Below are positions 11,307 through 24,709 of a DNA stretch of 64,000 nt, one piece after another; within the stretch, counting starts at the first letter, position 1, and each line of letters begins with the position of its first letter. Origin of the DNA: Flectonema sp. DT1601 (Eukaryota); contig OZ025783.1 of assembly GCA_964019425.1 (NCBI GenBank), forward strand, positions 1,488,001-1,552,000. The letters are read 5' to 3'. Below the pieces are notes generated by a model. The model made no database searches and was not told where the DNA came from. It saw nothing but the letters and a program-made list of their open reading frames with translations. The translations under genes and the position numbers were made by a program.

Positions 11307-12000
11307 AGGGAAAATAAAATAGATATCGTTTATTGTCGTATTTGAAAGCATGTGTTGCACACCCCGTGAATTTTGTGTTTCGCTTGTGCTGCTGCAATGT
11401 TGCTGAATAATGTAGGCAATCCTAGAGAGGGTGTATGGAAAAAGTTGCCAACTGTTTATATAAGAAGATTATTCCCACCCTTTTTTTTTTGTTTTTTTGT
11501 ACCGACAAAGTCGGAGAAGAAACTATTCAGATTAAGAGCCGTTATTTGTTCCTGTGCGTCAGTCTGCGAGGCCTATCTGAATGGTTGTCTTTTGAATTGA
11601 ATCGATTCTCAAGAACATTGCTCTTTTAGTTAGCACCTCAATTCTTTTTTTTTTTTTTTCCTTCTGAATAGACGGTTTGTGTTAAAGCAAATCTATATCA
11701 AAAAAGTTTATTCTGAACTGAACCATTCCTTCTGAACTTATCGCTTCCTTCACGGGAGTTAATACTGCCCTAATTAGTCTTGTTAGGGGGGTTTACCTTT
11801 TTAGATAAAAAGCAAAGATGGGTAATTTCGTCCTGCCTTCTTCTGAGACGATACACTTTATCTTATTCGACAATGCGTATCGAGACTAGTTTATTTAACC
11901 CTTAAAAAATATGAAAAGACGATGCTGTTATTTTCCTTAACCAACTTCTGACACTTCCACCACAGGCAATAATTATAATGAAAAACTAAAGAAGAGAGAG

Positions 12001-14890
12001 ATGTTAGTACCAGTAGGGAGGTCAGTTTCTCCTTTAGCCAATGGTTCTGTTGGAAAACATAACATCCGACAGATTGATGGGACTCTGTTGCCGATTATCA
12101 GACCTGCAGATAGGCGAAGGGCAAGAAAAAGAAAACCTGGAGGGTTGAGAGTAGTTCATGGAGATAAACGTCCAAATTACGAAATAGAAACTGCTGCGAG
12201 TGAAATAAAAGCACGAGCAAAGTACGCTCCTCCGCTACTTACATACGACGTGCATGAGAAGAGTCCTTGTGGATCACCTAAGGAAAAAGATAGAAAATCA
12301 ACTTCAGAAAGCAAAGAGTTAGCATTTAACATCCTACAGCAATCTATTGAAACTGCTACTAACATGATGGAAACAGATATTCAAAATAGTGAAACGCTCG
12401 ACGACATTTGGGACATGATGGGAAGCTGGCTTGGCCGTTTGAAACAAACAAAAGAAGTCGCTGCATGCCTCCGCTACGTCGAAGAGTATTTTTGGAACAT
12501 CATAAAAACAACAGAATCTTTGACAAAGCCCTGCCTACAACGATGTACGGGAATAGTATTTGTTCTGAATCAAATATTAGCAATGTTTGGGAAGCTTCTG
12601 CCAACGGCAGTACCTCTTCTGGAAGTTCTACGCACAGAGCTTTATAATGTTATTTATCTCCGTCCTCTAGACCGTTCGCTGCTGCCTCAGTTAGTATGCG
12701 GAGATGATGCAAAAAATAGTACTTTGCGTTCCCCAGAATGTCAATCCTTAGGTTCAACTCCGAGTTTTTCCCTCGGCACTTCAGAAGTTGGTAAATCAGC
12801 AGTCTCAGCACTGCGCGACAAAAAAACATTCTTCCAATCGACAAGAATGTTAGCTCAACGACTATCGGGAACAAAGCAAACTGCTGACGCTTTTTCTTTG
12901 CAGCGAGACAAGGAGACAATTGTTTTAGAACGAGTCATATCTGTTTGGCAGCAGCAATTGATTGGGAGACTGTTTTGTGGTTGGAGGGCTTTAAGGACGA
13001 TTCGGTTGCGCGAAACACAAGAAGCAGAACGAGGAAACAATGCTACAAAGAGAACACTTCTTGTAGAAAATGCTCTGCAAGCATCTCGTGTGCAAGAGCG
13101 ACTCTACCAAAAACAGATTCTTGAAATTGAACGAATGCTATCGGATCAGGAGATGGTTGCCACCACTCTAGCTAATAAGCAATCATCACAAATAGCGTCA
13201 CTGAAGAAGAAACTGGTCGAGTGTGAAGCTACCCTCGACAGAACTAGATCAGAGTCAACAAGAACTGTTCTGGAACTTGAAAAACGAGCAGAAGAAGTCC
13301 AACTTATGCTCCGCAAACTCACCGAAGTAGATTTCGAAACAGCCCAACGACTTAAAGTGGCTAGCATCATCAGCAGCGACAGACTTACAGAAGTCCAAAA
13401 GCTAAGCGCCTGGATTCAAGCACTTGTCCAAGAGCACTGTCTGTACACGCTGATGTATAAATTTGAAGGGTTTCAACAAGGAAGCAGACTACTCGATACG
13501 TTTTATCTTTTACTGAGTTCTATGTCACCACATCACTTGTCTCCTGAAAATTGTGCCAATCACATTCAAATTACAGAACCTGCAGAGAAGGCAACATCAC
13601 TTTTAAATGCCTGCACTACGTTGGGAATCACAACTAATGTGGAGGTTCATGAACTTACTGCGAGTAGTATTGAAGAGCAGGAGCAGTTGCCTCAGAACTT
13701 TCAATTATTTGTATCGTCGTTATTTCATAGATTCTGTAATGGTGATGGTCAGATAATCGTATTCCAATCGGCTAAACTTGATGAGGATTTCAGTGAATAT
13801 AACAATGAAGAAACTCATTCTATTAAAGACTGGAAAGGGAGGATTGATCGTAAACAGGCATTAACTGGAAAATGGAGAAATGTAGCTCACGCTATCGAAG
13901 TAAAATCATGGCTTGGTCTTAAGAAGAGAGATGATATAATAGGAGATGATCGTCAAGAATTCTTATTGTTTACATCTATTCATAAAGATCGAGTTAGTAA
14001 TTTATTCAATACCGTATCACCTAATCTGTCAGCGACAGTAATCGCTGAGCATTTATCAGAAGTTCAGGTGATTGTTGAGAAGAATTTTAAATCCTTACGA
14101 CGAGTATACTACTCGTATACATCAAAACGACCAGACAATAAAAAAACTGAACGAAGACTTACAAGCGATGAATTCTGGAGGCAGCTAACAGATGCTAAAA
14201 TATCCGCCAAGACATACACCCGACAGCAAATCGCAACTGCATTTGAAAAAGCTAATCGAGACTCGGATGAGTTCCTCGACCCCACAGAATGGATTGAAGC
14301 TCTTATATACATTTCATCTGGAATGAAACAGGGAGAGCACCTCAAGGATAAAGTTCATGTGTTAATAAATGATTATATTCTTGTGAACAGTAAGACAGTC
14401 CTGACTGATGAGTTTAAAAAGACTATTTACGGAGATGTAAAAGTCTCAGGTTTCCTACGTGAAAACAAACCACTCCTATCGGAATGTTTTACGAACTACT
14501 GCGACAGAAACAAGAGAGATAAGCGAAGCAATGCGAGTAAAGAATTAGACTTGTCGGAATTTACATCTTTGTTGTTTGATATTCCGCAATTTGAATCACC
14601 TTCAACCGAAATAATACGAGACATCTACAACAAGATTCTCGTAGAATTGTCAGGTTCTGCTCAAGGAATGCTCTTACATGAATTTACAGAAGCAATATGT
14701 GCTGTTGCATTCTATAAGAATCCAAGTCCATTTACAACAACGTTTTCAAAGGTATGATTGTTTATAGAAAGGCGTTATGAGAAAGAGGGGAAAAAAATAA
14801 TAATAATAATAGATTGAGCAGTTTATCGAAGTACACATGAATCAGCTACGAAGTCGATCTCGGCAGCAAAAAAAGAAAATGGATCGATGA
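12001..14890 (+). CDS. Large coiled-coil / CH-like / EF-hand protein (possibly flagellar or cytoskeletal), 2 exons (12001-14751, 14813-14890)
   Basis: 918-aa ORF with a coiled coil and EF-hand-like loops (NRDSDEFLDPTEW, ELDLSEF). Terminal exon IEQFIEVHMNQ...DR* follows a GTATGA...ATAG intron. Confidence 0.75.
14752..14812 (+). other. Spliceosomal intron (61 nt, phase 0)
   Basis: AAG|GTATGA...AAAAAAATAATAATAATAATAG|ATT. Confidence 0.75.
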
Positions 14891-15199
14891 ACCATCTCAT
14901 TCTGAATACATATTTTGGAATGAAATCATTGTATGTTTTCTTACTGTTGTTTGTATCTGTGTTGCTACTTTCTCAAAGTTATTGTTTTGCATTGCTCTGT
15001 TTTCACAGTACGCATGCTAAATGGAAATGTGTTCTTTGTGTTGCCACGTAATCCAATGTTCATTCACCCCTCAGAAATCAGATTTAGTTTCGCGATAGAA
15101 AGCATCAAGAAATATAAAATCCGCTCGGTAGAAGATTAATGTTGCAGTGTAAGATTAATTTTATTTCTCACTTCCTATAGCATCATTATATCAATCAAA

Positions 15200-17094
15200 A
15201 TGACGGCAAAGCGCCCTGCTGAATCTGGAGCCGCTGACAAGAGGTCAAAGGCTGACAAGATGGCCCTCCTCTCTGTCTTTGACAAAACTGGACTCGTTGA
15301 CATTGGTAAGAGTCTCTCAGGCCTCGGATACACTCTTGTTGCCAGCGGTGGTACTTCAAAGAAGTTGAAGGAGGCTGGTCTCGCATGCCTTGACGTTGCT
15401 GACATCACCAAAGCACCAGAAATGCTTGGAGGACGTGTAAAGACTCTTCACCCTGCTGTTCACGGAGGTATCCTCGCTAAGGGTACCGACAGTGACATGG
15501 CTGAACTCGCCACCAGAGGATACAACCCAATCGAGTTAGTATTCTGTAACCTTTACCCATTCTTAGAAGTTACCAAGAAAGAAGGAGTTACCGTTCCACA
15601 GGCTGTTGAGGAAGTTGACATCGGTGGCGTTACTCTTCTTAGAGCTGCCGCAAAGAACCACGCCAGAGTGACTTGTATCTGTGATCCATCTGACTACACC
15701 AACATCGTTGAGGAGTTGAAGAAGGGAAGTGTTTCAGAGGCTACCCGTAAGAGACTCGCCGTGAAGGCATTCGAGCACACCGCTCAGTACGACGCTGCTA
15801 TCTCTCAGTGGTTCCGTAGCCAGTACCTCAGCAGCAACACTGAATCCCCTTACCAGATGCCACTCAGATACGGATGCAACCCTCACCAGAAGCCATCCCA
15901 GGTATGGTGTGAGAACCAACCACTTCCAGTTACTATTGCTTCAGGTTCCCCTGGTTATATTAACTTCCTTGATGCCCTTAACAGTTGGGCTCTTGTCTCA
16001 GAATTAAAGACTGCCCTCAACCTCCCAGCGGCTGCGTCATTCAAGCACGTTTCCCCAGCTGGAGCTGCTGTTGGTGTTCCTCTCACTCAAGAAGAGAAGA
16101 TCGTATGTCAGGTAACTGACTTGGAGTTGACTCCACTTGCTTCAGCCTACGCTAGAGCTAGAGGAGCTGACAGAATGTCTTCATTCGGAGATTGGGTTGC
16201 TCTCAGTGATGTTTGTGATGTCGCTACCGCGAAGATCATCTCAAGAGAAGTGTCAGACGGTGTGATCGCCGCTGGATACACTCCAGAGGCTCTTGAAATC
16301 CTCAAGAAAAAGAAGGGAGGAAAGTACACCTGTCTCATTATGGACCCAAGCTTCAAGCCAACTGAAATGGAGGTCAGAACTGTGTTTGGAATTCAGATGC
16401 AGCAGCCAAGAAACTCAGTAAAGATTTCTTCTGACTTGTTGAAGAATGTTTCCACCAAGAACAAGGAAGTTGGACCTGGTGAACGTGACCTTCTTGTTGC
16501 TGCCATTGCTGCTAAGTACACTCAATCAAACAGTGTTGTGTACGCACACAACGGAATGTGTGTTGGTATTGGTGCCGGACAGCAGTCGAGAATTCACTGC
16601 ACTAGATTGGCTGGTGAAAAGGCAGACAACTGGAGAATGAGATTCCACCCAACTGTCTTGGGTTTGAAATTCAAGAAGGTTAAGCGTGCTGACAAGTCTA
16701 ACGCAATTGACCTTTTTGTTACTGGTGAAGCTGCTGAGGCCAGCCAGGAAGAGAGAGACTCATGGGCAGCAAACTTTGAAGAAGTTCCAAAGTTCTTTAC
16801 CGCCGCTGAGAGAAAGGAATGGCTCGCTGGTGCAACTGACAGAGCCATTGCTTCAGATGCTTTCTTCCCATTCTCTGATAACATTCACAGAGCTCGTGCC
16901 TCAGGAGTCAAGTACGTTGTCGCTCCATCGGGTTCGAACAATGATCAGGTATGTGTTTGATGACTGAGAGTTATTACTGTTGTAGTTTTACACATTTCTT
17001 CAAAAAAAACAACTAAAAACAGGTCGTCATTGACACCGCTGACAAGTACGGAATGGTTATTTGCCACACAAACCTCAGATTGTTTCACCACTAG
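15200..17094 (+). CDS. purH: Bifunctional AICAR transformylase/IMP cyclohydrolase, 2 exons (15200-16948, 17023-17094)
   Basis: Motifs [50 protein letters not shown] and SDAFFPF. The terminal exon restores the conserved ATIC end HTNLRLFHH*. Confidence 0.97.
16949..17022 (+). other. Spliceosomal intron (74 nt, phase 0)
   Basis: CAG|GTATGT...AAAAAAACAACTAAAAACAG|GTC. Needed to complete the conserved C-terminus. Confidence 0.95.
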
Positions 17095-17740
17095 ACCAAC
17101 AAGCATCGGTGGTAAGCTGTAATGTACTTTTCTTTCGCCTCTTTTCGTTCGTGTTGCTTTTATAAGAGCTTTGCGCTAGTGATATGGTAATATCCCGTCG
17201 TTGCCATCATTTCCCCCCTTTTTTTTCTTCTTTTTCGTCGAGTTTTTAAAAAAAAAATTCTCTCTTCATTTTTTTTTTTTTTTTGAATTTCAATTTCCCC
17301 TAAAATGGAATACAAGTGTGAATTTTTTTCAAGAAAAGGGGGTAGTTCCGATATGAACTTGGCCCTGCTTGCCAAGTTCCTTATGATGTTAAATTTCTTA
17401 ATTCAAATGTCCTGCTCACGCGCATACAATTGCAAGACAATGGATTTTTCCGTTTTTTTAAATTTTATTATTCTCCTTTCTTTATTTCTTTTCAAAGAGT
17501 TCTTGTAACTGATGGAAATAAAGTTGTAAGGAGCATTCCCGTTGCGTTTTCCCCCTTCCCTTCTTTTTTTTTAAATCTTTTTATTTCAGAGTTTTCTTTC
17601 TGAAGAATTCAAATAAAGAGAATGGTAGCTAATCAAGTAGCGTCAAGTGAATCATTTTAAAATACGAAGATTTAAATTTTTTTTTTATATTTTTATTTTA
17701 TGTACTATCAAACACAATATCAGTTAACAAATAACAAACA

Positions 17741-17989
17741 ATGGGAAAAGCAAGACAAGGACCAGAACCAGGAGAAGATTACATGGTATACTTTGTAAGA
17801 GAATATGTTATACCGGGAATTGTATTCTTTTTTCTGGTACGCTACTTGTGGAGGAATGTCATAAAACCTTCAGCAGAAATAAAGATTTGGGAACAGTTAT
17901 CTTTCGATAACAAGGAAAGTAACGTCGAGGAATTAGAACAGGAATCAAACGAATTAGAAATTCCTGAAGAAGTAAAGAAGATGGAATAG
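17741..17989 (+). CDS. Small single-pass membrane protein (82 aa)
   Basis: ACAAACA-ATG context like the other genes, one hydrophobic helix and an acidic tail. Confidence 0.6.
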   Translation: MGKARQGPEPGEDYMVYFVREYVIPGIVFFFLVRYLWRNVIKPSAEIKIWEQLSFDNKESNVEELEQESNELEIPEEVKKME

Positions 17990-18389
17990 TGACCTGAGTA
18001 GTAATAAGTGACACAGGCTTGTTGTTCCAGTAGAACTTCCACCAGTAGTAATCCCCTCGCTGTGATACAGTACCTCGGCTTTGAATGAGTTGCTCGTTAT
18101 TAGTTTATCAGATCGAAAGTTGCAATTCCCGTTGGTGACAAATGGAACGTGCTAAGTTCCATGCCTGCCAAACTTTGTCAATCAAAGTCAGCAGAAGCAC
18201 TCTCTTCTCTCACTGAAGATGAGTGAAAAGAGAGAAACACGACTCTCGCGGAAATGATTTTCTATATTTCAGTTTCTTACAAAAAAATAACGAAAACACC
18301 TAATCCGCAATGAGAGATGTTATTTAGTAATTAAACATAATTATCTTTATTATTTCAGTTACTTATACAACAGTCTGCACACATTTAAA

Positions 18390-19961
18390 ATGCCGACCAC
18401 AGATATACATTCAGAGACGCAGTCTGTTATGAGTGAGAAGCCCCATCTTGATAGCGATGGCAAGGCTATTCCAGGAGAGAGAAAATTGCAAATGATCTAT
18501 GGATGTGGTCACATATTAAATGATTTGTGTGCTGCATCTTGGTTCAGTTATATGATCGTATTCTTTGAGAGAGTTGCATGTCTAGGACATGTTGAGGCTG
18601 GAGCACTTGTTCTAATTGGACAAGTAGTCGACGCAATCACAACACCTATTGTTGGAATTGGCTGCGATCTGTCCGCATCTAAAGCAACAGACGAACCAGG
18701 AGCTGGAGTATACAAACGACTCCCTTGGCATTTGGGAGGAAGTATTTTAGTTGTGTTGTCATTTCCGTATTTATTCATAGAAGATACGCAGTACACTTTC
18801 GGACACAGTCAGACTGAAGTCTTTACTTGGTACGCGATATTTGTTTCTTTATTTCAAATTGGTTGGGCAACAACACAAATTTCTCATCTGGCAATGATTC
18901 CAGACTTGTCAGCTGGTTGTTCAGTAAGAAGATCATCGTTGAATGCGACGAGATATGCAGCGACTGTTTTATCAACAGTCGCAGTGTACTGTGTTGCATG
19001 GGGTCTTCTTAGTAGCAACATGGGTGATGGAAGTGCTGATCCTACGCCAACAGACTCTTCGGGTCCGAATTCAGAGTTGACCAGAGCTAATCATATTGAG
19101 TTCAGAATTCTAGCGACTGCAATAGTCATAACTGGTACACTACTGTCACTTGTAATATTTCACGGAGGAATGCGTTCCACTCTCCGTCGCTGTGAGCACC
19201 TCAGACTTGACGAACTCACTTCACCAAAAGTAAAAAGCAACTCATCCAATACCGCCAAGACCTGGTTAACAAATTATAAGTTCTATTGCGTTGCTTCGAT
19301 GTACATGTGCACTCGTTTAATTGTGAACATCACACAGTCATATTTAGCTTTGTATTTGTTGGACACACTTCACATGGCTCGTACAGCAATTGCGACAGCA
19401 CCATTAGTGTTGTACGCGAGTAGTTTGATTGGAACGTTAGTAACAACAAAGATTCATAAGACGATTGGTGTCACTCCAACTTACGGAGTTGCGATTGTCG
19501 GTTGCATTGCTGCATCAGGTGGACTGTATATGGTTTCTGAAGATCAAAGCTGGATGGTATATCCATGTGTTTCTGTGTTTGGTTTCTTCTCTGCATTACT
19601 TATGATAAGCTGTTTATCATGTGTTGCTGGGCTTATTGGTGAACTTCCTGGATCAGCTTTCGTGTATGGAATCTTCTCTTTTACAGACAAACTCAGTAGC
19701 GGTGCAGCCATCATGATAATCCAATCAGTTAGTTTAGAAAATAGATTAATTGTCGGAGCATTTCCATTAGCAGTGTCGGTTGTGGCAGTTGTTGCTGTCT
19801 TGTTAATGAGAGTCTGTAGAAAACCAACAGCAGAAGACTTCTTTGCTTATAGCAAAGCAGAGACAGCAGAGAGTGATGACGATGATGACATCGTTCATGG
19901 AATTAGTGACTCTGATGATGACTGCCCCAGGAATACGCATGTAGATATTAACGGCCCATAA
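18390..19961 (+). CDS. MFS transporter, MFSD12-like (GPH/MFS_2 family)
   Basis: Motifs YGCGHILNDLCAASWFSY, GQVVDAITTPIVG, FQIGWATTQISHLAMIP and SAFVYGIFSFTDKLSSG. Confidence 0.9.
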   Translation: MPTTDIHSETQSVMSEKPHLDSDGKAIPGERKLQMIYGCGHILNDLCAASWFSYMIVFFERVACLGHVEAGALVLIGQVVDAITTPIVGIGCDLSASKATDEPGAGVYKRLPWHLGGSILVVLSFPYLFIEDTQYTFGHSQTEVFTWYAIFVSLFQIGWATTQISHLAMIPDLSAGCSVRRSSLNATRYAATVLSTVAVYCVAWGLLSSNMGDGSADPTPTDSSGPNSELTRANHIEFRILATAIVITGTLLSLVIFHGGMRSTLRRCEHLRLDELTSPKVKSNSSNTAKTWLTNYKFYCVASMYMCTRLIVNITQSYLALYLLDTLHMARTAIATAPLVLYASSLIGTLVTTKIHKTIGVTPTYGVAIVGCIAASGGLYMVSEDQSWMVYPCVSVFGFFSALLMISCLSCVAGLIGELPGSAFVYGIFSFTDKLSSGAAIMIIQSVSLENRLIVGAFPLAVSVVAVVAVLLMRVCRKPTAEDFFAYSKAETAESDDDDDIVHGISDSDDDCPRNTHVDINGP

Positions 19962-20375
19962 GCAGTCTAAAACACTATTGACATGCCTCTATTAATATGC
20001 GTTTCTGCTGACAGTGTATTCATCACTGACTCATCGCAACTGAACGAATCGGTAGCTCAGTCGCGTGATTTTGTCGATTTATTGACAATGCAATAATATT
20101 TAGCTCTCTCGCTGGTTTTGGTTTTTTTTTCTTCTTTTTTATCGTAAAAAAAAAAGAAAAAACCATACTTGTAATACCCTTTTGTTGATTTAATCGAATG
20201 TTTTTGATTTAATAGGTACAGTTCTTTCCCTCCCCTTTTTTTATTTTTATTTTTATTTTTATGCAATTAAGCGATTCAACCATAGCAAAGCTTTTTTTAA
20301 GTTTTGACGGTTCTTTTTTTGCTCCTGCTCTTTTAGCCTAATTTATCTTTAATTACTGTTATCAAGTAGCCTTCT

Positions 20376-20406
<31 letters not shown>

Positions 20407-20791
20407 GAATTTATTTTTTTTTCTTTTCGAGTTGCTTTGAAAAAAAAATGAAACAAACTAAAAAAAAAAAAAAAAAAAAAGAAAAATTGAAAAGGCCTCA
20501 CCCCAGGGCTTTGATGCCCGTCGTGAACGCTTTGATTTTGCGTTATATTGCGGACTACGTTATTTAACCTTTCTCTCTCTTTCCCATTTCCCACTTCGCG
20601 AAGGTTTTGTATGAAAGCTGACAATAGGCATACTGTGTTCATTATGCCCCGTCAGCCGAAGCTATAATAAAACAATCCTAATAAGATTGGGTCTAATTAC
20701 GTTGCTGTTGCCTCGTAGCTCTAGGGAGTTAACCCGATGCTCCCTAGTTTGCTGTATCAGCGATGCACAGTACGCAATGTATTGGACTTCC

Positions 20792-20820
20792 TTATCTATC
20801 TATCTATCTATCTATCTATC
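20792..20820. repeat. (TATC)7 microsatellite
   Basis: Direct reading: ttatctatctatctatctatctatctatc. Confidence 0.85.
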
Positions 20821-21800
20821 TGTATTATCAAAGTTATGTAAGCAGTGAATCCGAATACTGTTTGTGACTTTTTTTGATAGAAGTTTTGTTGGATGCAAAC
20901 TTTCGAGAAAAAAAAAAAAGAAAAACGCGTAAGACGTTTTTTTTTTGTATCCGTGTCGGGGACTGTTCTTGATCTAACCATATGATTGTTGTCGGTAGAT
21001 TTGAAAAAACAAAAACAAAAAAAAAAGATAAAAAGATAAAACTCTCGTTAACTCTCGAGGGGAATAATGAAATCTTAGATAAGAACTCCCCTGTGGTAAG
21101 AGGTATGGATTACTCTCGAAGCCTATAGTTACTTTATTATGTTACCCCTTAGTCAACTGTATCTAAAACTAATGTTAAATTATCTTTATGTTTTTATAAT
21201 ACAACACACTTAGATAAGAACTCCCGTATGGGTTTTGTTAACATAATTGCGTCTTTGATATTTTGTGGCGTTTCCAGGTAGTTGAATTTTAGAGGGCTAT
21301 CTCGTGGATGTAGTTTGGTGACTTTTTCTGACGCCTCTTTCCCTACCTTTCTGTTCCTTGTTCGAAACAAAATACGATAAAGATTTTTTTTTTTTTTTTT
21401 TTTTTTTTTCAAATATTAACCCCTCCCTTTCACCCCCCTTTCGTATTATTATTAATATTCTTGTTGTGACCCATTTATCATCAGAAGTGATTTAATACGC
21501 GGGAGGGGAGCATCGTTTTTGAGTGAACATTTGCGTCTTTGTTGCTATAATGTCGCTTGTTTTGTACTTTCGAAAAGAAATATGACAAACAATACGACGT
21601 TATTTTAAATGAAACCGCCATGCTCAGTTATTATCAATGTTTTCTTTAATTTTTTCCCCTTCTTTTTTTTTGGGCATAGTTTTTTTCTGTACCCCGCGTT
21701 CTGCGTACTCGTTGCTATGCATGTGTAAAAAGCCCCCTAAAAATTCTTTTCCCCTCCCTTTTCTTATACTGCAACCAGGTTTGGCGGAACCCTATTCTCG

Positions 21801-22012
21801 TTTTAGCCAGTTTCAAGTTGCTCTCCATTTAATATTAGTATCAAGTTACCCCCTCTAGGTAATTAATCTCTTAATGTAGTACGTGGCCCCCCCCGAATCC
21901 CCATATTTGACAGCGCATATGGGACTGTTTTTCGATACTAATTGTTGATTATCCTATTGCTTTTAGTCAGTTTCTGAGTTGCTTTCCATTTTAATATTAG
22001 TATCAAGTTACC
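21801..22012 (+). repeat. Diverged direct repeat of about 50 bp (21801-21850 and 21961-22012)
   Basis: ttttagccagtttcaagttgctctccatttaatattagtatcaagttacc versus ttttagtcagtttctgagttgctttccattttaatattagtatcaagttacc. Confidence 0.8.
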
Positions 22013-24005
22013 TCTCCTGATAGTGAATTTTAATTAACAAAAACTTTTTATCTTTCAGTAGAAGTACTTTGATATTTAATTTTCGTGATGATACTTAAAG
22101 TTTTTTTTTTTTGCATTTAGTCAAAGTTTCACCCCCCTATAACAAGTCATTGAGTCACTAAAAAAAAAAAAAAAGGAGATTTTGTTATACTGTTCAAGGT
22201 GCTTGTTGTGAAAAAAAAAAAAAAATTCAGGTTCACTCCCGATTGCTGACTTCCCTTTTACTGGGATTCGCATGAGGAGGGTCTGTTTTTGTAATGATGG
22301 TGAACAGCGAGCATAGTTAATCTCCAGCTCAAACTAACTGACTTTTCATGAGAGTACTTTACCATAAAAAAATGAAATAAATAACTTCATTCTTATGAAG
22401 AATTAATCTAAGCCCGAACCAACTTGTTTGTTGTCCTGCCGAAGTTTTGCTTTTTTTTTTTTATTTTTTTTATTGATTGACTGATAATAATAATTATTGT
22501 TAACATTTGTGAAGAAAATAAGTTGAAATTTTGGTGAATTTTGTTTTGTTTTTTAATTTTTTTTCTTCTTCTTTCCCTTAAAAAAAAGTATTTTTACCAT
22601 TTTTTGTTGGGCGAGTAAAAATGTTTTCACAAAAAAAAAAAAAAAAAAAAAAAAAGAGAGAATAGATGAGAGCGCACCCCCATGTAGTTATTTACTATCG
22701 ATGGAAACTTATTGGTGTGCGCATCATCCTTAGCGTAATTCCTTTTTCTTTCCCTTCTCCACAACGATTCTTATGAAGGGAATTGACTCTTGCTGTTTAA
22801 ATACTGTACCTTTGGCAAAAAAAAAGGTACCTTTGATATACATTACATCCGAGTGAATGTATCTGTCTCTGTGGTGATGTTTGTTAGTTTTGTTTATTAT
22901 ATTGTAACAGCTGACTGATTTGTATCCAATTGAAAATTCGGGTACGTTATTCAATTTTATTAGTTTTGAGTGTTTTGTTTTAATGCATTTGTGGTTTGTT
23001 GTCTAAGTGAATATAGATCCGTGTAATTCGTGTGTAGGGTATGGAAAAAAAAAAAAAAAAAAGAAAAAGTTTAAAAGGGAGAGACTTTCCCCACCTTGTT
23101 TGTTTTTGTGTTTGTGTTGGTCAGTATTATATGTTTGTAGGTCTGAGAGATTCTCCAGTGGGATTCCTAGCCGTTGTCATTCGTGTATTCAATGGCTCTC
23201 AGTTGTTACTAGCTGATTACATGAAAACAAACTGCACAGTTTCTCATGGGCTTGCCAATAACTGGGAACCAATTTGTTTACAGACAGCTCCCTTCTTCAT
23301 TTTAGAGCAGCGTGGAGCTGCTATCTTTGTCGCTTACGTATTTTGTGTATTACTACTATAAGTTTGGGGTTATGTAGTTATGCTGTTTTTTTTTGGTAAC
23401 AAAACTCTTTGTGTTTAACAGAACATTTGAATTCTACCCATTGCATCTCCTTCTAACAAAAGAGTTGACATGTCCTTTAAGGAATCAAATCGTTGATTTT
23501 TTAGAACCATCGCCTCTCCTAAGGAAGTAGAGTTCCGTTGATCGGAAGTATGCTGCATTCATTCATAGTACGAGTTAATTGTTCCCAGGAAGTGGGCTGG
23601 TTTCCTTCTCATATTATCACAGCAGCTCTATTCTGTTGAGTAGGTGACTGCCTTTCATTAACGTCGCTTGTGTATCTCTTTTGTTCCCTTCCGTGTTCTA
23701 ACTTCCACTACGTTAGATTTTCACTAACGCAGGTCTAACAACAGGAAGGGGGAAATAAAAAAGAGAGTGTGAAAAAATGCCCCCCCTCGTTATTTTTTTT
23801 AAAAATTACATAAAGCTTAACGCCAAGGTACACATTTATTAGTCGGACGACATCAGGTTAATCGTTAATCGTTAATAGTTTTTTTTTTTTTTTTTTTTTG
23901 GATTCTGTGTGCAATTGACTTTTGCATGAAATCTAACTGATAGTATTCAAAGAAAAAAAAAAAAAAAAAAGTAAAGTAAAGTAAAGGAAACAAACATTGT
24001 AAAAA

Positions 24006-24037
<32 letters not shown>

Positions 24038-24709
24038 AAAAACTGTGACCGTAATAACAACAGCAGGATAGCCATTTAATCTGAAATATTTAATTTAAGG
24101 AATTTCTTTTTTTTTTTTTTTTTTCACCCCCCTCTTCCACTCCTCCCCTCCCTCTCGTTATGTTATTTGCGGTTGTATTTTACAAAATTTATTATATCCC
24201 TTTTTCATTCTGATGATTTTCGAGTATGGGTATGTGTGCCACCCGGCGTGATACCCAGTGTCTTATATTTCTCAGATAACATTATTAGGGGGACTTACTA
24301 TCGTCATATGTTGGTTGTTGGAATTGTTGTGACAGAGTGCTCTCTCTCTCTCTATAACAACCCCCTCAGTCCCAACACCGATATTAGCAACGGCCTTGTG
24401 TGCCAACCAGCGTGTTTGTGTTTTCTGACTATTTTCGTAACTGTTCAGAAAAAAATATCTTCTTTTTTTTTAACAAGAAAATTAATAATAATAATAATAA
24501 ATTGTAGCATTTGTTACGTAACACTGCAGTTTATGTATTTTATTTTATTGCTTAGTGAGGTTTTCGGATAGCTTAGTATATCACTCCCAAAAAAAAAAAA
24601 AAAAACTCCCCAACCTGATTCTCGTTTTGTGAGTACGTGCATAGCTTTATGTGTTTGTGAGTGTTTCAACTAACTCATATTTTCCTTTAAAAAAAAAGAT
24701 CAAGCAAAT

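Noticed and set aside
22677..22691. 15-mer CCCCCATGTAGTTAT also found at 61457-61471
   Set aside because: About one or two exact 15-mer matches are expected by chance in 64 kb.
23041..23361. 106-aa ORF or possible exon after tttgtag
   Set aside because: No motif, a poly-K start and no supporting splice partner.
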